This document shows, one piece after another, positions 24,996 to 37,917 of a stretch of 64,000 bases of DNA. The stretch is from NCBI GenBank assembly GCA_951406725.2, contig OX597832.1, positions 28,024,001 through 28,088,000 of the forward strand, in the 5' to 3' direction. The notes beneath the pieces are model-generated. The model was not told the origin of the DNA, did not search any database, and saw only the letters and a program-made list of their open reading frames with translations. The translations under genes were made by a program, and so were the position numbers. How positions within the stretch are numbered: position 1 is the first letter of the stretch; every line of letters begins with the position of its first letter. The stretch is from Octopus vulgaris. Lineage: Eukaryota.

Positions 24996-25384
24996 TGTTG
25001 TAGTGGAAATGGTACACCCCTCCTAGGAGACAAGTGGTTTGAACCAGCGACGATGAAGTGAGATGATGTCAACTAGTACGGAGAGCTGGAGAGTTGTGTG
25101 TCAGCTCATATAGAGTCGTTGTGTAAGGTCTCAGTCGGAGTCAAGTGTCAGTTCCGTGTTACAGTCGAGTGAGAGTGAGAGTCAAGATAGATGGTTCAAA
25201 GTCGGTGTCTTGCAGAGCTATCAGCGACAGCACCATAGACGAAGCGGTGTATTACCATTCCAGTATAGAAGCAATGCACTGTATCTGAGGCAAGAGAATA
25301 TCGTGACTCCTAGGGTAGATACAACATCTAGAGTCACAACAAATGGCCACACATTGTAACTGTGGAAAACACTGCATCATAACA
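24996..25384. mobile_element. Candidate solo LTR
   Basis: TGTTG...CATAACA termini with short imperfect inverted repeats. 5-bp flanks AAGTG/ATGTG resemble a TSD. Confidence 0.5.
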
Positions 25385-26064
25385 ATGTGACGGCTTCTTT
25401 CAGTATCGGTCTACCAAATCCACTCACAAGGTTTTGGCCAGCTCAAGGTTGTATAAAAGACACTAGGCCAGGGTGTCCTTCAGTGGGACTTGAACCCAAG
25501 ACCATGTGGTTGGGAAGCAAACTTCTTACCACACAGCCATACCTATTCCTATAGCCACCCACTAGGGGCTAAACACAGAGGGGACAGACAAGCAGATTAA
25601 GTCGATTACATCGACCCCAGTGCATAACTGGTACTTATTTAATCGACTGTGAAAGGATGAAAGGCAAAGTCGACCTCGGCGGAATTTGAACTCAGAACGT
25701 AACAGCAGACGAAATACGGCTACGCATTTCGCCCGGCGTGCTAACGGTTCTGCCAGGTCGCCGCCTTCTCACACAGCCATACCTGTGCCTATAGCCACCC
25801 CTCTGCTTTTATATCTCTGAAGGTTTCTCATCTTTCCTCTCTGCAATGTTTGAAGCTTTCCTCAGTCTCCTTTTTATTTTCTTCTTGTATGTGTGCATCT
25901 GTGTATGCATGTGCATCTGCTATATCTATATGTGCACGCGTGTTTATGAGGGGTGACTTTGTCCTAATATATGACTGGTATTGTAGTTTTAACCGTCCTT
26001 GGAGGGATTCAAAATCAGACAATGAAGAACTGAGACTTGAAACTTTTTGGTGCTGGGTCCTTCA

Positions 26065-26247
26065 GTTGCCCTTGGCACCCACACATGGTGTTGCTATGGT
26101 TACTGACAGTTATCACCATAGTTACTGATGTTGATGTTATTCCCATCGCTTATCTCCATGGTTACTGTTGCTACCCAAACTCATAGCCATCCTCACTGCT
26201 GTTGCTGCCACCTACTCATCTCCATGGTTACCGTTGCCATCAGTTAC
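26065..26247. promoter_or_regulatory. Cluster of RFX X-box-like motifs
   Basis: GTTGCTATGGTTAC (26090), ATCACCATAGTTAC (26112), ATCTCCATGGTTAC (26152 and 26218), GTTGCCATCAGTTAC (26233), GTTGCCCTTGGCAC (26065). Confidence 0.45.
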
Positions 26248-26357
26248 CAAACTGCAAAACCTGTTCCGTTCCCATCTCATTCATTCCTTAAGACTGCAAC
26301 CAAAGTAAACAGGACAGGTGGCTTTGTTCTTCAATAAAAAGCCTCTTCCATGATGTA

Positions 26358-26792
26358 CAATAATCCCTCGACTATCGCCGGCGTTACGTTCCAAAGCCCC
26401 CACAATAGATGTATATTTTTTTTTTTTTATTAGTTTTATAATTTGTATACAGGTGTGTTCAAAATAAAGCTGGACCTCTTCCTGTCAGGTGTCCCAGATG
26501 AACCAACTTCGCAGCAGGAAGTGCGGATGAGGGCAGCTGCATCAAACTCTCTCATGCACCAAATGTCAATTGCTAAAAAGCATTCTTGAAGTAAAATTAT
26601 GTAGCAACACCAAATGGCGGTGCCCCAGCATGGCCACAGCTCGTGAGCTGAAACTAGATGAAATAAAATTTTAAAAATAAATAAAAAATTATTTTATTAT
26701 GAAAGCAAAACACCACCCCAGAGGAATCATAAATAATAAACCTCTCTGGGTGAACTGTGATAGGTGAACCGTGATGTAGTAAGGGATTACCG
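26358..26792. mobile_element. Tigger-like MITE interrupted by a CR1 3' end
   Basis: TA-CAATAATCCCTCGACTATCGC ... AAGGGATTACCG-TA. Confidence 0.65.
26450..26688 (+). mobile_element. 5'-truncated CR1-clade LINE 3' end
   Basis: VFKIKLDLFLSGVPDEPTSQQEVRMRAAASNSLMHQMSIAKKHS* (26455-26589) matches the invertebrate CR1 ORF2 C-terminal FK..LD....PDEP...SNSL motif. A 3'UTR and A-rich tail follow. Confidence 0.7.
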
Positions 26793-27230
26793 TAATTCTA
26801 TAAATAGGGGCTATTTTTGCAACAAGAATATTTTAGACAGTGGTTCTCAACTAGGGGTCCATGTAAAATTTTTGGTGGTCCACAAAGACAATAATAAACT
26901 GAGGATCCACAATGGTATTTTAAGGGCCCCTGAAAAAAAAATTGCTTAGGTACCCCATGCAATGCGGGGCTCTTAATAGCACACAATGTGCTTTGGTGCA
27001 CCGTTGTGTTGTGCTGCATAGTTCGAGAATCACTGATTTGGAGTGGCGCCATCTACCAACGCCATGATGTCTATATGATAGACATTATGAGCTACACTCC
27101 AGGCATTAATTCCCTTCACTCACAATTTTTAGTCAGACTCCACATGTAGACTGGACCCATTTCCTGTATATACATCTTCATTCATATGTACACATATAGG
27201 CACATATACACATATATAAATATGTGTATG

Positions 27231-27273
<43 letters not shown>

Positions 27274-27789
27274 ATAATCGTCTCCATCATTTTAATGTCC
27301 ATCTCTCCATACTTAGGTCAGATGGAGTTCCTTATGACAGATTTTCTATGGCCAGATACCGTTCCTTCCGCCAACACTTACCAATGTAATGTTTTCCCAT
27401 AGCCACAGATATGTTTCTACAGAAATATTGGAAATGAATGACACTGCTTGTATGACAATGGCACTCATTTACAACTATCACCACCCCCCCAACACACACA
27501 CTGGGGGACACAAATACACATATACACACACACACATACCTGACCAGCTTCTTACAGTTTCCATGTACCAGTTTCACTCACAGGGCTTTGGTCAGTGCCG
27601 CACAATGGGATTGAACCTGCAACCTTGTGGTTGGGAAGCGAACGTCTTAACCACACAGCTATGCTTATAGGATGTTGTGTATATTTTTAAGTACTTTGAG
27701 TTTGTTATCCTAATATTTATACACACGTGATCACACACATGCACATTTGCATGCACGTATGCACACACACGTACACATACACACACACA

Positions 27790-27828
<39 letters not shown>

Positions 27829-28329
27829 ACATTCCTTTATCCCTCGTTTGCAAGTAAGAAATTAATATTCTGGTGATGACCTGAATCTGTGTTTCGAGTA
27901 AGATCCTGGTTGTTGTTGTTGTAATGGCACGGTGCCACCGACACTTCGCTGGATGGGGGGGATGTTTGTGCGGGCCCTAGCCACACGCTCTGCCACATCT
28001 TGTATAGTCTAAAGCAAGTTAATTAACACCATATCATTGTGTGTGTGTGTGTGTGTGTGTTGTTGTTCAGATGTGTTTCTATTTAGGCCTCGTTAGACCA
28101 AACCTCGTTCATGTTGTATGCCAGATGAAATAGTCGATAATCAAGCAACAACAACTGGGTGTATATATAATTATACACACACACACACACACACACACAG
28201 TTAGATAGATAAATACACACACACACATATATATTATATATATTCACATAGATTTGCATATATACGTATGCATATATATATATATACATACATATATATA
28301 TACATATATATATATATATATGTGCATAC

Positions 28330-28362
<33 letters not shown>

Positions 28363-28478
28363 TATATATATATGTATTCCTATATACATATATTTACACA
28401 CACTTACATACATACATATATACAGGTACATAGACACATATATTATATATTCACATAGATTTGCATATATACATATGC

Positions 28479-28523
<45 letters not shown>

Positions 28524-29034
28524 TATATGTGCATACATACATATATATATATATATATGTATTCCTATATACATATATTTACACACACACACTTATATAC
28601 ATATACAGATACATACACACACATAAATGTCTGCACACACATAAATGTCTGCACGTAGTTTGTGGGGTCGTATAGCTAACTGTCCCCGTGGTATTCGGTG
28701 GTTGGCATGCATTTTACTTGGGGCCTCGTTCATGAAACATACAGGATGTGTGACTCTGTGTGTGTGTATTTGTGTGTGTGTGTGCATGTATGTGTGCGTG
28801 TGGGTGGGTGTTGTGATAAATTGAAAACACATATGTTTATCTCACTGTAGTCAGTATCTGCGGAATATCTATCAGAAAACAGCTTTGCAGAGTTTGAAAT
28901 TTATCACCATCCTCTTTCTACCCCACCAACACCCAGAATACTGATAAACATACACACGCATACACATGTACCTATACATGCATACACAAAGTTATATGTG
29001 TGTGTGTGTGTATGCATGTATGTATGTATATATA

Positions 29035-29069
<35 letters not shown>

Positions 29070-30064
29070 TTACTATATGGATATTGGCCTAGATTTTATG
29101 GGTTATCGGTAAAGAACAAGGTTGGAATGTTGAAGCCCTTCAGTAAATTCTACCCAATGCAATCTTGGTTTGCATCTGTCTCCCAGAGTTTTTTGGTTAA
29201 ATCGGCTGTTTGTTTGCTTGTTTGGTTGGGGGTTTTTTAAGGGGTCGGGGGGAGCATAGGTAGATGTTTTTGTTTGTTGTAATTTTTTTGTTATTGTTAA
29301 TTATTAACAAATATTGTGAAAAAAAAAAAACAACCCCAACCCCAAACCGAAACATGAGGCATTTGTCTGAAAGTTGAATGACCTTAAATTATATATGCCA
29401 TTATTTTCACTCTTCAAGTGGTTGTGTCCTGTTTTTCAAGAGGAATTCTTCAAACCAGAGCCACCACAGTGGCCATAGAGAACTTAATTAATTTGAGAAA
29501 TAAAATGTTAAATAAAGAAATAAATTAGAGGAGACAGGAAAATAAGAAATTAATTATTGTTATTGTTTGTGATGGGGCTGTTAGGGTTAGAAATAAAAGT
29601 TCCTCTCTCAGTCAGTACATTTTACTAACATCCTGGGGCCATTGCACGCACACGCACAGTTTTTGTCTACAAAATTTACTTACATGGCATTGGTGGACCT
29701 GAAACTTTAGTAGAAGACACATCCTACACTTGTTTAGTCCCTGTTCAGCCTTGATCCAGTAAAGCCCTTGTTTAACCCTTTAGTATTTAAACTGGGACCC
29801 CATATTCTTACCCAAATAGTCAACCTGTTTTATGTTCTAACCAACCAGATTTGGCCTCTCACACCTATCCTACAATGTTATTCTAAAATTAAACAATCGC
29901 ATCATCGAAATGTTTATTGAGGGCAGCTGTAGTTGGTGTTGTTTATCTGCAATATAAACCCATCCTGAAAATCTATGATCAAGCATTTCAATTAGGACCA
30001 TCCTGCCCATTATTCAAGCACAGTGTATCTGGGTGTACACCATCAAATGTACCCGTCTTTGTTG

Positions 30065-31096
30065 CAGTGATCCCTCGTTTATCGCGGTAGATTGGCTCAG
30101 AGACCGGCCGCGATAACTAAATTTCTGCGAAGTAGGGACACCATATTTACAGTATTTATTTAACGTGTATTTGGACTTTTAAAGCCCTCCCTGTACTGTT
30201 AATAACCCACCCATTATAGTAGTCTGTTAATAACAAGGACAACTGTTAAGCAATAACACTTTAGATTTTAAAAACAATAAAGATTGTTACTGAACTCAAC
30301 ACGAAGGAAGTTGAAGTAAAATTTGGATGATGATGATGATGGTGATGAATTTGCTGCGCAGTAGAAATGATGATGAGGAAGCTGACGTCGGTGCCCTTTT
30401 CTGGGACACCTCTTCCACTTCTTTTGAAGGTGCAGCTGTAATAGTAGCAGCAGGAACTGGCACTTTTTTGCGAGGCTGCAAAAAACATTGTGATAGGAAG
30501 TTGCTGCCGCTGCTTCTTTTTCCATTTAAAGAGCATCTTTTGTAGGGATTTAGGAGTTCATCGACCTTGTTGCAAAATTGCACAGAACGAACCATATCGT
30601 CGTCCCATTCTTGTGACCCCTCTTTCAATTCTTTAGCCAGGTTGCAGAGCTTGGCCAACCATTCCAAAGTCAAGCCAGTTTGGTCGACAACTTCTGTTTT
30701 TTGCTGCGTTTCTTCTTCATCATCATCAGCATCATCATCATCGTTTAACATCCGTTTTCCATGCTAGCATGGGTTGGACGGTTCAACTGGGGTCTGGGAA
30801 GCCAGAAGGCTGCACCAGGCTCCAGTCTGATCTGGCAGTGTTTCTACAGCTGGATGCCCTTCCTAATGCCAACCACTCCGTGAGTGTAGTGGGTGCTTTT
30901 TACGTGCCACTGGCACAGGTGCCAGACGAGACTGGCAAAAGGCCTCGATCGAATGGTGCTTTTTATGTGCCACTGGCACGGAGACCAGACGAAGCTGGCA
31001 ACAGCCTTAGAAAAATTTTAGGTGTTCATATATATATATGTATATATATATTAAAAATCCACGATAGTTGAATCGCGAAGTGGCAAGGGATCACTG
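30065..31096 (-). mobile_element. Internally deleted Tigger/pogo-like transposon, interrupted by a SINE (~30718-31003)
   Basis: TIRs CAGTGATCCCTCG / CAAGGGATCACTG-TA. Minus-strand remnant GLTLEWLAK...EWDDDMVRSVQF...KKKQRQQLPITMFF resembles a Tigger transposase C-terminus and is frameshifted. Confidence 0.8.
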
Positions 31097-31429
31097 TACT
31101 TTTGCTTAGTCCCTGTTCAGCCTTGACCCAGTAAAGCCCTTGTTTAACCCTTTAGTATTTAAACTGGGACCCCATATTCTTACCCAAATAGTAAACCTGT
31201 TTTATGTTCTAACCAACCAGATTTGGTCTCTCACACCTATCCTACAATGTTATTCTAAAATTAAACAATCGCATCATCGAAATCTGAAAGGTGTGAAATA
31301 AAGAATTTCAAACAATGGGAATAAACAAGCATTACATTTGCCGGAATAATTTGAATGGTAAAGGAGGGTTAGAAATGTTTCAACTGCAACCATCCTGTTT
31401 TATTATACAGACATGGTGTATCTAGGGCT

Positions 31430-31802
31430 GGAGGCGCAATGGCCCAGTGGTTAGGGCAGTGGACTCGCGGTCGTAGGATCGCGGTTTCGATTCCCAGACC
31501 GGGCGTTGTGAGTGTTTATTGAGCGAAAACACCTAAAAGCTCCACGAGGCTCCGGCAGGGGATGGTGGTGATCCCTGCTGTACTCTTTCGCCACTACTTT
31601 CTCTCACTCTTACTTCCTGTTTCTGTTGTACCTGTATTTCAAAGGGCCGGCCTTGTCACGCTGAATATCCCCGAGAACTACGTTAAAGATACACGTGTCT
31701 GTGGAGTGCTCAGCCACTTACACGTTAATTTCACAAGCAGGCTGTTCCGTTGATTCGGATCAACCGGAACCCTCGTCGTCGTAACCAACGGAGTGCTTCC
31801 AC
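31430..31802 (+). mobile_element. Young tRNA-derived SINE with perfect 10-bp TSD
   Basis: A box TGGCCCAGTGG, B box GGTTTCGATTCC, CpG-rich. Flanked by ATCTAGGGCT at 31420-31429 and 31803-31812. Confidence 0.85.
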
Positions 31803-34370
31803 ATCTAGGGCTACGTTATCAATTGCGTCTTTATTTAAGGTGGTTAGTATAGTGTACTAGTTTGCATGTTGTGTGGGAGTAGTTAAAGTGTGGAGGCAAA
31901 GAGTTAATTATGCCAGTCGGTTGTTTGAAATAATCACCAACCCGGACATGACATCGCCCGTTGACACAACAGCGAAAAGCTGTCGACTCTGTTGTTGTGG
32001 CTCGTTCAGTTTGGTTGGATGGTTCCACGTTTATTTACCATTCCAACCTTTAGAATTACAGAAAAGAAAGAAAAAAAATGAAAAAGAAAATGATAAACAA
32101 ATAAATGAATAAATGCTGCAGTCAACTGAAAACTAAGAATAGCAGGGGGTGGGCATGGGTGGGGGTGGAGTGCTGTGATTATAGGTTGCCATTTTAGATG
32201 TGTTGGGAGAGGAGGCACGGGAGGAGGAGGAAGTTGATGGAAAGAGGAAAACACCCATTAGCAGGTGCTTGTTTCTTCTTCTTCTTCCTCCTCCTCTTCC
32301 TCCCCCTCCTCCTCCTCCTCTCCTCCTCCTCCTCCTCCTCCTCATCTCATCATCATCATCATTATTATTATTATTATTATTCTCATCACAAATTTATGCA
32401 GCAGGGGAAAAATGGGAGGAATTTCAAACACTCTTTGCCCTATGTTTGTTGTGTATGGTCGGTCACTCATTGGACTGTGGCCATGCTGGGGCACCACTTC
32501 AAAAGGCCACTTTTAATTGAACAGATCAAAGCCCAGATAAAAAAAAACTGAGATTGATCTGCCCGGTACTTATTCTGTTGGACTCTTTTGATGAAGTCCT
32601 GAATTACAGGGATGTAAACAAACCAGCACTGGTTGTCAAGCAGTGGGGAGAACAAACACACACACATACACACAGTTTTTGTCTACAAAATTTACTCACA
32701 TGGCATTGGTGAGCCTGGAGCTTTAGTAGAAGACACTTCCCACAAGGTACCATGCTGTGGGACTGAACCCTAACCCACAGGTTTGCAAAGCAAGCCTCTT
32801 AGCCACACAGCCAAGCCTCCACCTATCTATATGCATATAGTGCATGTTCTATAGTATCTTTTGTATGTAATGTAGCCACATAGGCACAGGAGTGGCTGTG
32901 TGGTAAGTAGCTTGCTTACCAACCACATGGTTCAGGGTTCAGTCCCGCTGTGTGGTATCTTTGGCAAGAGTCTTCTACCTATAGCCCCAGGCCGACCAAT
33001 GCCTTGTGAGTGGATTTGGTAGACGGAAACTGAAAGAAGCCCGTCATATATATGTATATATATATGTGTGTGTGTGCGTGTATGTATGTGTGTCTGTGTT
33101 TGTCCCCCTAGCATTGCTTGACAACAGATGCTGGTGTGTTTACGTCCCCGTCACTTGGCGGTTCGGCAAAAGGGACCGATAGAATAAGTACTGGGCTTAC
33201 AAAGAATAAGTCCCGGGGTCGATTTGCTCGACTAAAGGCGGTGCTCCAGCATGGCCGCAGTCAAATGACTGAAACGAGTAAAAGAGAGGAAAGAGTATAT
33301 GTGTTCTATGTAGGATACGCTGTATATTTGTTGTCATCATTATCATTTGATGTCCACTTATGGCATGAGTTGGATTGGTTTGTAGAATATCAGATAGTAT
33401 CAGATATGTTCACTCCCTCCATCAGATCGACATTACCTGTACAGGTGCAACAGGTGCCGCATGTCCAGATGTCGAAATGATCGCAGAGCAATGTGAAATG
33501 AAGTGCTTTGCTCAAGAACACAACATAACAATCGGTCTGGGAATTGAACCCATGATATCACAATTGTGAGTGCAACACCTTAACCACTATGCCATGTGTG
33601 TGTGAGTTTGTATGCTTGTGTTTGTCCCCCCAACATCGCTTGACAACTGATGCTGGTGTGTTTACGTCCCTGTCACTTAGCGGTTCGGCAAAGAGACCGA
33701 TAGAATAAGTACTGGGCTTACAAAGAATAAGTCCTGGGGTCGAGTTGCTCGATTAAAGGTGGTGCTCCAGCATGGCCACAGTCAAATGACTGAAACAAGT
33801 AAAAGAGTAAAGAGTATATATTTTGAATTGATAAAAGGTGGTTTTTTCCTAATTTATATATATATATATTATATTTTGTGAAATTTGATTTAGTATTTCT
33901 AAATTGAATTTTTCCCTGTAAGTTAGGAATAATATTCCCTCAAATAATTATTATATATACATTCATACACACACATGCACACAGATGTATATATATATAT
34001 ATATGTGTGTTTTGTCTTATAAACAAGGAGAACGTAAGTGGTGGCTGGCTGCCTGCGGAACATTTCAGTAACTGTAAATTCATTTTAATGATTCATTGGT
34101 CTGCCACCATCATCTGTGGGTTGGGTAGTGTGTGTGTGGGGGATACAAACTGGGTGGTGGTGGTGGTGGTGGTGGTGGTGAGATAGTGATTGGAGGTCGG
34201 GGGGTGGGGAGTCGTGAGGCTGGTGACGGTGGGGGAGCTAACGAAAGAAAAACCAACTGAGAAATATCAAATTATTTCTGGAAGTATAATCTATATATAA
34301 ATGTATCAAAATTCAACCTGAACTGCCAAACACTGGTGTCTGTGTGTGTGTGTATACACACATATATGTG

Positions 34371-34494
<124 letters not shown>

Positions 34495-34694
34495 GTGTGT
34501 GTGTATAGATATATATTTATGTATGATATATATATATGTGTGTGTGTGTGTGTATATAGATATATATATGTGTGTGTGTATATATATATGTGTGTGTGTG
34601 TATGTATTTATGTATGTATATGTCTGTCTGTGCTGTATGTGCGTATGTATGTCTGATATGTGCATGTATGTAAAGTCTGAATATATGCATACAT

Positions 34695-34739
<45 letters not shown>

Positions 34740-35819
34740 CACACCCATATAGAGACACATGTTCCACGTGTCTGAATTAGTTGCTGATGTAATGCTTCGT
34801 TTAGCCAATCTTTGAAGAGCTTCTTGCTGAATACTCAGCCCCCCCCACCTACCTTACTCTCTCTCTCTCTCACACACACAGACGCACACGTGCGCGCAAG
34901 CACACACACACACATACACACACGAACACGTTTCTGTAATTGCTTTGCAAGTGTTTGGTGTGAAACTCTTCTTAGCCGGAGCAGGTATTGTTCTACTTTG
35001 AGAAAGTCGAGTCGTCAAATACAGCAACAACTGTTGGAAGCCGTTGAGAGGGCAACAGATGTGCGGCGGTCAACAACCTAGACAAACTGATCAATAAAAA
35101 AAAAAAATCAGCAAATCAATGAAGTGAATTATAACCTGTGTGAGTGTATTCAGTGGCAGAATGATCCATCTATTGTACCACAGTGAGTGAAGCAGGGCAT
35201 TTGATTTATATGGCTGTGTATATTACATATATGTCTGTGCCAAATGCTGTTTTCTCCATTGTACACCTGACCCAGTTTGTATCCAGTTTTTCTCTCGTCT
35301 CATTTGTGTTTTGTCATTCATGCACTTTTACACATCGAACAGAGATGCTTTGTTTCTTTCCAGTCGTTGTAGATCTTCTGCATCCAAGGCCCTTCTCTTA
35401 TTACAAAAACATCATTGCATTTCATCATCCAATCTGGTCTTCACTCCAAGAGAGAGCCCTTGTAAACTTGGTTCCTATCAGAGGCCTCCCGAACTTTCTC
35501 CGTCCCAATCTTATTCTGGCTACTCAGCTTTTAGCACACCCACCTCTTTGTAAGTTGGTCCCTTGGGTTACAGAAGCTGTCAGCTACATCCAACAGAGCC
35601 TTCCAAGAATGGGAGAGAGTTTATTTGACCTCCTGTTTATATGAACTCCACCTCTTCCCACCTATCTATGATCTCACTATGACCCTTGTGGGTCCACAAT
35701 TTACGTTGGCTATACCTGTATTGTGTTCCTACCCTCCCATTTTCTGCATATCAAGCTCACCCATTTCCCTGATGGCAGCAAGGTCCTTTCCTATTTCCCA
35801 AGACTTTAGTCTTCATTAA

Positions 35820-36039
35820 CCCTTTCGTTACCGTATTTATTTTGAGATGTTCTGTTATTCTTTCAATTACTTTAAATACAACAAAAAAGTTGGTAAAATA
35901 GTTTAGTTATCATTCATCTAGTGTTAGGAACATAAATTGTGACTAAGGTTTTGTGGAAGATTTTAATTCAAACATTAAGAAAACAAGACATTTGTACTCA
36001 GAACCAGAGCTGGTTTCAGCCAGGTTGGTAACAAAAGGG
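35820..36039. mobile_element. piggyBac-type MITE
   Basis: TTAA-CCCTTTCGTTAC ... GGTAACAAAAGGG-TTAA. Confidence 0.8.
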
Positions 36040-36734
36040 TTAAGTTTAGTATAAGGTCTTCGGCAGATTTGCCTGTAAGAAACACTTAGAGACAGCTAGA
36101 CCTTACTTCCTGTTACAGCTTGTTAGGCCACAATGAATACAAACACAGATCCTGTTCTGTTCACTGATATAAAGATAGTTAAGCAGTTTTCATTCTTGTG
36201 GCTTTTACAAAATCCGTAAGAGCAAGTAAGAGTACATAATACTCACTACAACTGTCCTACTCTCTGCTATAAACCTGGTGACAAACAGACATGCCTAATG
36301 AGTTGTCACTTTCAATGCTGTGTGGTCATGTGGTTTGAATTTAGGACGATGACATTCCACTAGGAGTGTTTTATGGCTGGCCTTCGTTAGCAAACATTCT
36401 GTTGGAGTGTTTCTCAAGTGCCATAAAGTTTCTCTCAAGAAAAATCTCAAGATGTGTTATATGAGCCAAGCCGTGACTATCTTTGCAGATTTAGTGGCTA
36501 AGATCTCATTGAAGAACTCATTGTAGAAAGAAGGGCTCGGAACTCTGAGTAGAAACTCTTGCAGAGGAAAAGAGGAGGTACACAAAGGCACAAACTGATA
36601 TCACATATATATATATATATATATATAGTTACGATTTCAGGAGGACAATTGGGATCACGTGGATGAGAAAGGCGTGATCCAGAGAGGAGTGGACAGCAGT
36701 GTTAAATGGACACCCGATGGACTGGTCGGTCAAG

Positions 36735-36776
<42 letters not shown>

Positions 36777-37652
36777 GCTTCTTTCAGTTTCTGTCTACCA
36801 AATCCACTCACAAGGCTTTGGTCAGCTCAAGGCTATAGTAGAAGATACTTGCCTAACGTGCCATTCAGTGGGACTGAACCCGAAACCATGTGGTTGGGAA
36901 GCAAGCTTATTACCACACAGTATATATATATTCTTTTACTTGTTTCAGTCTTTAGATAGCAGCCATACTGGAGCATCACCTTGAAGAATTTTCCTCAAAT
37001 GAATCCACCCCACCAACAGTACTTATGTTCTTTCTAAAAGCCTGTTACTTATTCTATCAGTCACTTCTGCTGAACCGCTCAGTTATGAAGACATATGCTT
37101 GCAAACGACCACCAGTTGTTAAGTGGTGGTGGGGTGGGGGATGTGACATAAGCAATGATATGCACACACACACACACACGTATCTACCCACACACCTATA
37201 TATCTGCCCCCCACCCCCGTACCCTGATGTCTATGTGCAAGAGTTGGGAGGTGCTCTTTCTACAAAACTGCCACTGTTAATATCATTTGAGTGGGGTTCA
37301 GCCCTTGCTGGAGCAATCACCTTCGATCGAACTCGTTCCATTTGTGTCCTTTTTGTTTTTAATCTCCCTGAGACGTCTCGATCCAGTCTGTGTGTCCTTC
37401 TGCCTTCCAATGGCAGTGGTCTCATATGGGGGGGGATGCTTGCTATTTCCAGCATCCATGTGTAGTTCCCATCATTGACTCGTGTAACATGTTGCGATAA
37501 TGTGAGGTGGCATCGGTGGTGCTGTCCTAGTTTTACTGTTGGTGATGGTGGCGGTGGTGTCACAGGCTCAGAACCCCCACCACGACCACCACCACTGTCA
37601 TCTAAAAATTATGTCTTTCATAAAATGACGTGGCTTTGAATATGTGGACTTG

Positions 37653-37704
<52 letters not shown>

Positions 37705-37749
37705 AACACACGCACACTCACATGTACTTATATACAATATATGTCTGTG

Positions 37750-37799
<50 letters not shown>

Positions 37800-37823
37800 C
37801 ATATATGTGTATATATATATGTG

Positions 37824-37868
<45 letters not shown>

Positions 37869-37877
37869 GTGTGTATG

Positions 37878-37917
<40 letters not shown>

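Noticed and set aside
30296-30751. 151-aa ORF as a host gene
   Set aside because: Frameshifted transposase C-terminus between Tigger TIRs, with its start codon supplied by a SINE.
31430-31505. tRNA gene
   Set aside because: It is the tRNA-derived head of a SINE bounded by a 10-bp TSD, with no closed cloverleaf.
35183-35644. 153-aa ORF
   Set aside because: No recognisable domain. Appears to be the antisense reading of degraded LINE-like sequence.
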